Shown here in pieces: positions 12,146-23,183 of a stretch of DNA of 64,000 bases. The DNA is from Eledone cirrhosa (Eukaryota). The DNA is taken from assembly GCA_964016885.1 (NCBI GenBank), contig OZ024744.1, forward strand, positions 107,074,001 through 107,138,000. The letters are read 5' to 3'. The first letter of the stretch is position 1. Each line of letters begins with the position of its first letter. The translations under genes were made by a program, and so were the position numbers. Below the pieces are notes generated by a model. That model had not been told where the DNA came from, searched no databases, and saw only the letters and a list, made by a program, of their open reading frames with translations.

Positions 12146-15100
12146 CGGCGGATAGTGCGCTCTGCGAAACATCTAACCGCCACTTTTTCATTGAGGACCT
12201 GCTGTCAGGTAGAGCTTTTCTGGTTGACACAGGTGCAGCTTGTTCCGTATGGCCTGTGTGTTGTATGAAGGAGACTTCCCCTGAGACGCCTATTGAGTTG
12301 CAGGCAGTAAATTGTTCGCCGATTCGAACTTTCGGACAAATCTCGTTACCTTTGCAGTTTTGTAATCTGCGGCGCGAGTTTAAATGGATATTTACTGTCG
12401 CTGCCTTGCCGTATCCGATTCTAGGCGCGGATTTTCTCCACCATTTTTCATTGACGGTGGACCTTCGTGGTAAACGCCTAATTGATGGCATCACGGGATT
12501 AACTGTTGTTGGCAAGGCAGCAGGAGTTCCAACGGTTAGCCCGCATTTTTTCTTGCTAACACCGGTGATCCTTTCCATGCGTTGTTGAACTCGTTCCCGC
12601 AACTGACTCGGGGAAATTTTCGATTTGATGAACCAACTCATACCACGGAGCACTTCATATCTACAACTGGTGCTCCTGTTTTCTCTCGTCCTCGTCGCTT
12701 GCCTCCGGACAAACTCAAAGCAGCACGATCAGAGTTTGATCATATGCTGCAAATGGGGATTATTCGTCCGTCCACGAGCCCGTGGGCGTCCCCATTACAC
12801 ATGGTACCGAAAGCGAATGGCGATTGGAGACCTACTGGAGATTATCTACGCCTGAATTCGATAACGGTACCGGACCGTTATCCTATCCCTCATCTGCAAG
12901 ACTTTGCGTCTTCGTTGCAGGGATGCAAGATATTCTCCAAACTGGATTTAATTCGTGCGTACCATCAAATTCCTGTCCATAAAAATGACATTCCAAAAAT
13001 GGCTATAGTTACGCCATTTGGGTCTTTCAAGTTTTTGACTATGCCATTCGGATTAAGGAATGCCGCTAGTACTTTTCAGCGGTTTATGGATGAGGTTACT
13101 CGCGGCCTCGATTTCGTCTATACCTATATTGACGATCTGCTCATTGCTAGTTCTTCTCCAGAGCAGCATACGCTCCATTTGAATCTTCTTTTCCGCCGAT
13201 TGAAGGCGTATAACGTGCAGCTTAATGCACCCAAATGTGTTTTTGGTGCTGAGTCACTGACTTTCTTGGGTCACGTCATCGATGCTGACGGTATTCGACC
13301 CCGGCCTGAGCGAGTTAAGGTCATAGAGGATTTGCCTCCACCGACCTCACTATGTCAGTTACGCCAGTTCTTAGGTCTGGTTAACTTTTATAGGCGTTTC
13401 GTGCCAAATTGTGCAAAATTGCTTTTCTCCCTGACAGAAATTTTGAAAAATTGTCGGAGGAAGAACAAAGATATTTCTTTGACAGACACTCAACTTGCTG
13501 ATTTTCAGCACACCAAAACTGTTTTGGCTAATGCTTCGTTACTGACTCACCCGGTACCCGGTGCAAAGCTAACGCTTTGTGTTGATGCATCGGATATCAC
13601 TGTGGGCGCAGTACTACAGCAAAACATCAATGGTTACCAGCAACCGCTGGAGTTTTTTTCCAAAAATATAAATCCTGCTGAGACGCGCTACAGCACCTTT
13701 GGAAGAGAGCTTTTGGCCATCTATTTGGCCGTGAAACATTTTTCACATGTGCTAGAGGGTAGACAATTTACTATCCTCACTGACCATAAACCATTGACTT
13801 TTTCTTTGAGAGCGAAGGCTGATAAATACTCGCCCAGAGAGACGAGACACCTTGATTTCATCTCGCAATATACGAGTGATATCCAGCACATTCCGGGTTC
13901 ACTAAATACAGCGGCCGATGCTTTGTCCCGCTTACCCGTGACAGCGATCTCGTTATCCTCTGACATAGATCTGACTCGTTTGGCTGCGGATCAGCCTCCC
14001 CTTGAGTCATTGGATGTCACATCGCCCGAGTTTGCGAATTGCGAGATGAAATACTTGCCTCTGTCGACTGCAGTTGGCCAAATTCTCTGCGACGTCTCTT
14101 TGGACGTGCCTAGGCCCTTCGTTCCAGAGAATCATCGTCGGACCGTGTTTCTGGGATTACATTGTATCTCGCATCCAGGATCTTCTGCCACAGCAAAGCT
14201 CATATCAGCTAGATTTTTCTGGCCAAATATGAGGCGTGAAATTGCTGCTTGGTGCCGTTCCTGCGTCGCTTGCCAGAGATCAAAGGTCCATCGACACATC
14301 AAGGCTCCCCTGGGTACCTTTGCTAACCCAGATGCGCGTTTTTCACATATTCATATTGACATAGTGGGACCTTGGCCTGTCAGCGATGGTTTTTCTTATC
14401 TACTTGCCGTCATTGACCGTTTTTCGAGATGGCCTGAGGCCATCCCCTTGAAAAACATCACCGTGGAGACAACAGCACGTGCTCTTGTGTCTGGATGGAT
14501 CTCTCGTTATGGAGTTCCATCCACAATAACTACCGACCGTGGACGACAGTTCGAGTCGAGCCTTTTCCTCGAGCTGTCAAAATTAATTGGTGCTAAACGC
14601 ATTAGAACTATGGCATACCATCCTGCTTCGAATGGTATGGTGGAGCGTTTTCACCGCCAACTGAAGGCCTCCTTAATGGCCTCAATGGACTCGGTGCATT
14701 GGAGCGAGTACCTCCCTATTGTGCTACTAGGGATTCGGTCAACGGTGAAGGTCGACTTTGGATTTTCACCGGCCGAAGTACTGTACGGTGCCCCTCTGAC
14801 GTTGCCCCTATCGATCTTGATGCCCAAGATCACGCTTCCTACGTGTCCCGTTTGCGCTCCTATTTCCAGGATTTGCCGCCAATGGACACTAGGAAACAAA
14901 CTGTCAAGACTGCTGTCCCGAGGGATATTGCCTCGTGGACGCATGTCTTTGTAAGGAATGATACGGTGAAGCCCCCACTCACACAGCTTTACACTGGACC
15001 TTACCGTGTCTTAGCGCGCTCAGCTAAGCATTTCACGTTAGATATTAAGGGGTCCAGGGAGACAGTTACATTAGACAGGCTTAAGCAGGCGCACCTTGAC

Positions 15101-15179
15101 ACGGACACTGTGGTTCCTGATCCACGAACCCCTTCGTATTTGCCTGTTGAGCGAACGACTGTTCCTGAACCAGCACCAT
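12121..15179 (+). pseudogene. pol: Gypsy pol (PR-RT-RH-IN) with two frameshifts
   Basis: Pieces 12109-12588 (protease), 12582-14954 (RT/RNase H/integrase core) and 14699-15202 (integrase C-terminus YTGPYRVL). Frameshifts lie near the T-run at 12546-12551 and near 14808. Confidence 0.88.
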
Positions 15180-15928
15180 ATCACCCGCAAAATAAGCTCT
15201 AAGCTTCTAACGAGTAGGTCCGAGCATTTTATAATAACTAGAAATTGATTAACATATAAATAAACATGAATAATCACACAAGATAATTTTTACAAGTGTG
15301 TAACCACACATAGCTAGGTAGGTAACTAAATAAAGTTGACCAGAACTTCAAAAATAGATACCTTATAATATGATTAATCTTCCCTGTATATATTCCATTA
15401 AAGAAATATATTTCACCAATTAATCGGATGGTAAACCACGGAAGTGGAGACTTGGATTTTCAACAAGGAAGAAGTTCCAGCGATCCGTGTTTACACTTCA
15501 AGTTCAAATCAGCGACTGGCCAGCAACACGTGGTATATCTACTAGAAATACACACATCATACTAGCTTCGTCCCAGTGGCGTGAATAGGGTTATCGACAA
15601 CTATAAACAGCAGTCGAGTTCTTTCAACAGAGTTAGCTCTACAATTAAGGAGCCGTATTTATATATCTATATCCAAAATTAAGATAAATTAAATGAATTT
15701 AATCTAAATCAAAATTATGGGTGTCATGCCAGAGAGACATGCGTCATATCACCCACAAAATAAGCTCTAAGCTTCTAACGAGTAGGTCCGAGCATTTTAT
15801 AATAACTAGAAATTGATTAACATATGAATAAACATGAATAATCACAGGAGATAATTTTTACAAGTGTGTAACCACACATAGCTAGGTGGGTAGCTAAATA
15901 AAGTTGACCAGAACTTCAAAAATAGATA

Positions 15929-16474
15929 TTTAGCAGTGTAGTAGAATGATAGTCGTAGTCGCCAGTGTAGTAAAATGATAGTATCCTCGTTGGATTGTCT
16001 TGTCGACATAGACGTGAGGGAAGGTCCCTCGATCTATTTACCATTTTTGTATTTACAATATTCCTTTCGTCAGGTCGCCAATTCCAGCAGCATGGATTAT
16101 AGATGTTATTGAGACACGAGTAACATAATAATGATTTCAACAGCAGAAATTAGAGATGAAATGTATGTTTATTTTTGATGTAGCACAAACAATGTTTGTT
16201 AACTTATATGGTTGAAGTTACATATAAAAAGAGGTTACAAAAGGGAATGTGCCATTGCGCCAGCGAGGCTGGGGGTGCAAAATCTCACCGTTACATTATG
16301 CGTGTTGCTGGCTCGAAGTTCCTGGTACAAGAGAGAGATTCTTCAAATCTTCGCGGGGAATTTCTTCCTCATGGCACGTAGGGATACATCCTCTTCCACT
16401 GGCACTGATTGGCTGAACTGAGCCAAATCACGCACGGAGAATGTATGTGAGCCCGCGGAATGTAGGTCACTACA
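15929..16474 (-). mobile_element. Solo LTR (546 bp) of the non-autonomous LTR family
   Basis: Minus strand reads TGTAGTGACC...ACTGCTAAA. It is flanked by a 4-bp GATA TSD within the satellite sequence aaaataGATAccttat and is near-identical to 20392-20942. Confidence 0.92.
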
Positions 16475-17093
16475 GATACCTTATAATGTGATTAATCTTC
16501 CCTGTATATATTCCATTAAAGAAATATATTTCACCAATTAATCGGATGGTAAACCACGGAAGTGGAGACTTGGATTTTCAACAAGGAAGAAGTTCCAGCG
16601 ATCCGTGTTTACACTTCAAGTTCAAATCAGCGACTGGCCAGCAACACGTGCTATATCTACTAGAAATACACACATCATACTAGCTTCGTCCCAGTGGCGT
16701 GAATAGGGTTATCGACAACTAGAAACAGCAGCCGAGTCCTTTCAACAGAGTTAGCTCTACAATTAAGGAGCCTTATTTATATATCTATATCCAAAATTAA
16801 GATAAATCAAATGAATTTAATCTAAATCAAAATTATGGATGTCATGCCAGAGAGACATGTGTCATATCACCCGCAAAATATGCTCTAAGCTTCTAACGAG
16901 TAGGTCCGAGCATTTTATAATAACTAGAAATTGATTAACATATAAATAAACATGAATAATCACACAAGATAATTTTTACAAGTGTGTAACCACACATAGC
17001 TAGGTAGGTAACTAAATAAAGTTGACCAGAACTTCAAAAATAGATACCTTATAATATGATTAATCTTCCCTGTATATATTCCATTAAAGAAAT

Positions 17094-17432
17094 CATCATC
17101 ATCATCATCATTTACGTCCACTTTTCCCTGCTTGCAAGGGTGGGACGTGAACTGATTCTGGCTTGATTTCTACAGCTGGATGCCCTTCCTATCACCAACC
17201 TCATTTACAGTGAGTGCTAGATGCTTTTATGCCGTGGCACCTCCACAACCACTTTGCAGTGGAATGATAGGGACCTCAGTCCCTATCATCTCATTTCTAC
17301 AGCTGAGTAAACTGGAGCAATTTGAAATAAAGTGTCTTGCTCAAGGACACAACACATCACCCGGTCTGAGAATTGCACTCACAACCTTTCGATTGCAAGC
17401 ACAATGCTCTAACCACTAAGCCATATGTCTCC
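17094..17432 (-). mobile_element. tRNA-derived SINE (family A) with RTE-like 3' end
   Basis: Minus strand: A-box-like tggcttagtgg, B-box-like gtgcaattc, core gtgtccttgagcaagacactt and a (GAT)n tail. AAAT duplication in the satellite. Second copy at 44664-45013. Confidence 0.85.
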
Positions 17433-17990
17433 AAATATATTTCACCAATTAATCGGATGGTAAACCACGGAAGTGGAGACTTGGATTTTCAACAAGGAAG
17501 AAGCTCCAGTGATCCGTGTTTACACTTCAAGTTCAAATCAGCGACTGGCCAGCAACACGTGGTATATCTACTAGAAATACACACATCATACTAGCTTCGT
17601 CCCAGTGGCGTGAATAGGGTTATCGACAACTAGAAACAGCAGCCGAGTCCTTTCAACAGAGTTAGCTCTACAATTAAGGAGCCGTATTTATATATCTATA
17701 TCCAAAATTAAGATAAATTAAAGGAATTTAATCTAAATCAAAATTATGGGTGTCATGCCAGAGAGACATGCGCCAAATCACCCGCAAAATAAGCTCTAAG
17801 CTTCTAACGAGTAGGTCCGAGCATTTTATAATAACTAGAAATTGATTAACATATAAATAAACATGAGCTCCTTAATTGTAGAGCTAACTCTGTTGAAAGG
17901 ACTCGACTGCTGTTTCTAGTTGTCGATAACCCTATTCACGCTACTGGGACGAAGCTAGTATGATGTGTGTATTTCTAGTAGATATACCAC

Positions 17991-19734
17991 TATAGAGGTA
18001 TAGGAAACTATAGAGGTATAAAGTTGATGGACCAGGTCATGAAAGTAACAAAGAGTTATAGCACAGCTGATTAGGGACCGGGTGAAAATAGACGAGATGC
18101 AATTTGGGTTTGTACCAGGAAGAGGCACCACTGATGCCCTCTTCCTTGTGAGGCAATTACAGGAAAGGTACCTAGCTAAAAGTAAGCCACTCTACTTGGC
18201 ATTTGTCGACCTTGAGAAAGCCTTTGACAGAGTTCCACATGCTATAACCTGGTGGGCTCTTAGAAAACTAGGAGTAGATGAATGGCTTGTGAAAGCGGTA
18301 CAAGCCATGTATAGGGGAGCAGTCAGCAAAGTTAGGATTAGCAATGAGTATAGCGAGGAATTTAGCGTACAGGTTGGGGTCCACCAGGGTTCTGTTCTTA
18401 GCCCTCTCCTGTTCATCATAGTCCTGCAGGCAATAACGGAGGAGTTTAAGACCGGATGCCCATGGGAACTCCTGTATGCTGATGACCGCGCACTCATAGC
18501 TGAATCTATGGTAGAACTAGAGAATAAATTCCAAATCTGGAAGCAGGGACTAGAGAGAAAGGGTCTCAAAGTCAACATGACAAAGACTAAGGTCCTTGTA
18601 AGTAGACGAGAAAACAGAACCCAGATCCCCTCAGGGAAATGGCCTTGCTCAGTATGTAGGAAAGGTGTAGGTAGGAACTCCATTCTCTGCCCCAAATGCA
18701 AACAATGGGTACACAAGAGATGTAGCGGGATCTCAGGAAGCTTTATTAAGAATGTAGGATTCACATGCAGCAGCTGTGCTGGGACAGCAAACAGAAAACA
18801 GCCACAGGAAACAAGTACCACCAATCCCTGGGAGGGCCCTGTAGAAACAGTAGACAGCTTCTGCTACCTAGGTGACCGAATTAGCAACGGAGGTGGGTGC
18901 TCAGAAAGTGCAATAACTAGGGTAAGAACGGGATGGAAGAAGTTTAGGGAACTACTACCACTGCTAGCTGCAAAAGGCTTCTCCCTCAGAATGAAAGGCA
19001 GACTGTATGATGCGTGTATCCGAACAGCGATGTTGCATGGTAGCAAGACCTGGGCGCTGAAGGTGGAAGACTTACGTAGATTAGAGAGAAACGAAGCCTG
19101 CATGCTCTGATGGATGTGTAACAATAATATACGTGAACGACAAAGCATAGATAAATTGAGAGAGAGACTGAGCATAAGAGGAATCAAATGTTGTGTGCAG
19201 GAGAGGCAGTTGCGCTGGTATGGACGTGATGCGTATGAAGGATGACAGCTGCATAAAAAAGTGCAGAGCACTAGAAGTTGATGGAAACCGCGGAGTGGGG
19301 AGACCCAAGTTGACCTGGGATGAGGTGATAAAAGCCGACCTTACCCAATTACACCTCTCAAAGACAATGACACACGACCGTGACTTCTGGCGTCACGCAG
19401 TAATACAGAGTACCCGACCTCCCATGGGTACAAGCTGAAGCATATAGACAATATGCCCCCCCCCCCCCACCGCAAGGTGGTCGTGGAGGTGCCACGGCAA
19501 AAAAGCACCCAGCCCACACTGTAAAGTGGACGTGTAGGCGCCACGAAAAAGCACCCAGCACTCACTGTAAATGAGGTTGGTGTTAGGAAGGGCATCCAGC
19601 TGTAGAAATCAAGCCAAATCAGTTCCTGTATGAGCAAGGCATGGTCAGCCGACCAGACACTGCCCACAACAGGACAACCCGTCTAACCCATGCTAGCGTG
19701 GAAGAACGGACGTAAAACGGTGATGATGATGATG
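17991..19734 (+). mobile_element. 5'-truncated RTE-clade LINE with intact 3' end
   Basis: ORF 18082-19110: QFGFVPGRGTTDA, FVDLEKAFDRV, GVHQGSVLSPLLF, LYADD, embedded PHD-like finger, YLG. Followed by a 3' UTR and (GAT)n tail. Confidence 0.9.
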
Positions 19735-20391
19735 AATCACAGGAGATAATTTTTACAAGTGTGTAACCACACATAGCTAGGTAGGTAACTAAATAAAGTT
19801 GACCAGAACTTCAAAAATAGATACCTTATAATATGATTAATCTTCCCTGTATATATTCCATTAAAGAAATATATTTCACCAATTAATCGGATGGTAAACC
19901 ACGGAAGTGGAGACTTGGATTTTCAACAAGGAAGAAGTTCCAGCGATCCGTGTTTACACTTCAAGTTCAAATCAGCGACTGGCCAGCAACACGTGGTATA
20001 TCTACTAGAAATACACACATCATACTAGCTTCGTCCCAGTGGCGTGAATAGGGTTATCGACAACTAGAAACAGCAGTCGAGTTCTTTCAACAGAGTTAGC
20101 TCTACAATTTAGGAGCTGTATTTATATATCTATATCCAAAATAAAGATAAATCAAATGAATTTAATCTAAATCGAAATTATGGGTGTCATGCCAGAGAGA
20201 CATGCGCCAAATCACCCACAAAATAAGCTCTAAGCTTCTAACGAGTAGGTTTGAGCGTTTTATAATAACTAGAAATTGATTAACATATAAATAAACATGA
20301 ATAATCACAGGAGATAATTTTTACAAGTGTGTAACCACACATAGCTAGGTGGGTAGCTAAATGAAGTTGACCAGAACTTCAAAAATAGATA

Positions 20392-23183
20392 TTTAGCAGT
20401 GTAGTATGATAGTCGTAGTCGCCAGTGTAGTAAAATGATAGTATCCTCGTTGGATTGTCTTGTCGACATAGACGTGAGGGAAGGTCCCTCGATCTATTTA
20501 CCATCTTTGCATTTACAATATTCCTTTCGTCAGGTCGCCAATTCCAGCAGCGTGGATTATAGATGTTATTGAGACACGAGTAACATAATAATGATTTCAA
20601 CAGCAGAAATTAGAGATGAAATGTATGTTTATTTTTGATGTAGCACAAACAATGTTTGTTAACTTATATGGTTGAAGTTACATATAAAAAGAGGTTACAA
20701 AAGGGAATGTGCCATTACACCGGAAAGCCGGCGAGGCTAGGGGTGCAAAATCTCACCGTTACATTTTGCGTGTTGCTGGCTCGAAGTTCCTGGTACAAGA
20801 GAGAGATTCTTCAAATCTTCGCGGGGAATTTCTTCCTCAGGGCGCGTAGGGATACATCCTCTTCCACTGGCGCTGATTGGCTGAACTGAGCCAAATCACG
20901 CACAGAGAATGTATGTGAGCCCGCGGAATGTAGGTCACTACAATACCTCCGAGCAGATTTTTAGCCGAAAATCGTAAACGAAGAAGCCAAGGACCCACAA
21001 GGAAGTCGATACAGATTATTGAATCAGCAAGAACAAATGCTGGAAGAGCACATAAGTTTAAAAAAATAATTGGGCAGAAGGCTGCATGCAAGAAAATAAA
21101 TGAGGCGCTACGGGCCGTGTTGAGCCGCTGTGTCAAATGACCAGCTGTTTTGTTGTTTATACGTGACCAGTAAAGGTCTAACAAAAACGGATAAAGTCTG
21201 ACATGGGCGAAGTTGCTGTTCTTTCATTTAATGTTAATGGTAAGTGTTGCACCAGTAGCTGTGGATGAAGCTATTATGGTAGTTTACCAGTGCTGGCAAG
21301 AAGATGATGTGTAAGCGAGGAAATGTTGGCCTCCCAGATGTATTGCCGAATGTGCTAGGGAGCCAGGAAAAAATGGCTGGTTGCTTTGAAAAGAAAAAAA
21401 GCAAGTTTAATCTGTAGGTGGGTTGCAGTGTAAATTCCATAATTCGGGCGAATCCACAGAAGTGGCCGAAATGCTGACAAGTCCAGTTCTATTTGCTGTT
21501 TTCCCAGCGAGTCGGGCAAAAACAGCAAGACGAAGGCCGTCATGGACGATCAGTGTGCAACGAGATGCAAAACTGTTTGAGTTCAGCTGCAATTAGTATT
21601 CTCGTGTTCCGGTGCCTGTTTGAATCCAGGTGGATTAAGCTCTGTGAGCTGCTAGCATGTGACAGCACCTCAACCAGGTGAAAAGAGACTCGCAGAATAT
21701 TATGTTTGAAGAACATATACCAAGAACAACATGTTGGTGTGTGACAAAGAAATGTGTGCATATGCAGGCATGTAAATCAGCAAAGAATGTGAATGAACAA
21801 AAACCATGAGCAAGCAAATAGCAAACGAGCACAAAACAAGTAAATGCATTCTACAAAGAAATATGTGAATGTAACAAACTGATAATTCAAAGTCAATCTA
21901 AGGGAGCAGAGAAATTGCTCAACAAGTTCAAAGTCAAATAGTTCACACGTCACCAGTGTACAGACTTTCTGACACTAGTTCTATCTGAAAACTGAAAAAG
22001 AAGTTTGTTAATGCCGTTAGGGGTTAGATGTATGGTGTTTTTGAGAGTTTTCGTGGCCATTTTACCGTCCTGCCACCTTGTGTGACATAAGGTTGTGTTG
22101 CTTGTTGTTAAAGCAAAGTCAATGATCTTCTGTAGAGTAGCAGTCAAGTGTTGAAGAACCCAGAGTCCAATATGGCAGCCATGTCTGACGCCATAAGGGT
22201 GAGAAAACTACTGTCTCAATTTCTTGAGTCCCTGTGGTAACGAGACAGAAGGTATGGTGGTTGCGTCGGTAAAGTTACAAGCCGTTTTGAAATTTCCGAT
22301 GTGTGGTGGTTTGCGTCGGTAAGGCTGTGAAGCTGCCATCTCACTATTCCCTGTCGTTGGTCAGTGGCTAAACAATGCTGTCGCTGCTGCTGCTGTCGTT
22401 ATTGTTGTCGAGTGTAGCCAGGACTTGTCGGTAGCCATCTTGAAATTTCCTCGTGGCGAAAAGTTTTTGAAATACTGCTAATTTTAAAAGGAATATATTG
22501 TATTTTCGCAAGTTGCGTAAAGGCCGGCAACGCGGCAATAAAAGTTCAACTGTATAAAAAAGAAGGGCTGCGTTAAATTCTTACGTCGGTCACCACTTTA
22601 ACAGTTTAGAAGTAAGATGATCGTTAGTGTGGCAGTGCCCAGTGTAGCTGTGGCCAGTGGTCACAGTGTGGTAAAGTGATAGTATCCTCGTTGGATTATC
22701 TTGTCGACATAGACGTGAGGGAAGGTCCCTCGATCTATTTACCATCTTAGTATTTAAAATATTCCTTTCGTCAGGTCGCCAATTCCAGCAGCATGGATTA
22801 TAGATGTTATTGAGAAACGAGTAACATAATAATGATTTCAACAGCAGAAATTAGAGATGAAATGTATGTTTATTTTTGATGTAGCACAAACAATGTTTGT
22901 TAACTTATATGTTTGAAGTTACATATAAAAAGAGGTTACAAAAGGGAATGTGTCATTGCGCCGGAAAGCCGGCGAGGCTAGGGGTGCAAAATCTCACCGT
23001 TACATTATACGTGTTGCTGGCTCGAAGTTCCTGGTACAAGAGAGAGATTCCTCAAATCTTTTCGGGTAATTTCTTCCTCAGGGCGCGTAGGGATACATCC
23101 TCTTCTACTAGCGCTGATTGGCTGAATTGAGCCAAATCACGCACAGAGAATGTATGTGAGCCCGTGGAATGTAGGTCACTACA
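20392..23183 (-). mobile_element. Non-autonomous LTR retrotransposon (LTR-1.65 kb non-coding-LTR)
   Basis: LTRs at 22597-23183 (5') and 20392-20942 (3'). GATA TSD. PBS TGGTGACCGACGT at ~22583-22595 on the minus strand. No gag/pol motifs in the internal region. Confidence 0.9.

Larger units (their letters stand above)
10248..15179 (+). mobile_element. Ty3/Gypsy LTR retrotransposon (CsRn1-like clade), 3' LTR missing
   Basis: 5' LTR TGTAGT...ACTGCTAAA (10248-10482), then PBS, gag with CHCC motif, protease LVDTGA, RT YIDD, RNase H, and integrase with HHCC/DDE/GPY. Joins the satellite directly at ~15177. Confidence 0.93.

Noticed and set aside
15916-16421. Three-times repeated short ORFs (MKSLLCYS..., MLTYMVEV...)
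   Set aside because: They lie within the LTR copies, start at non-ATG codons and show no domain motifs.
17340-17432. tRNA gene
   Set aside because: The A/B-box-like head continues into a SINE body and tail, and no full cloverleaf is present.
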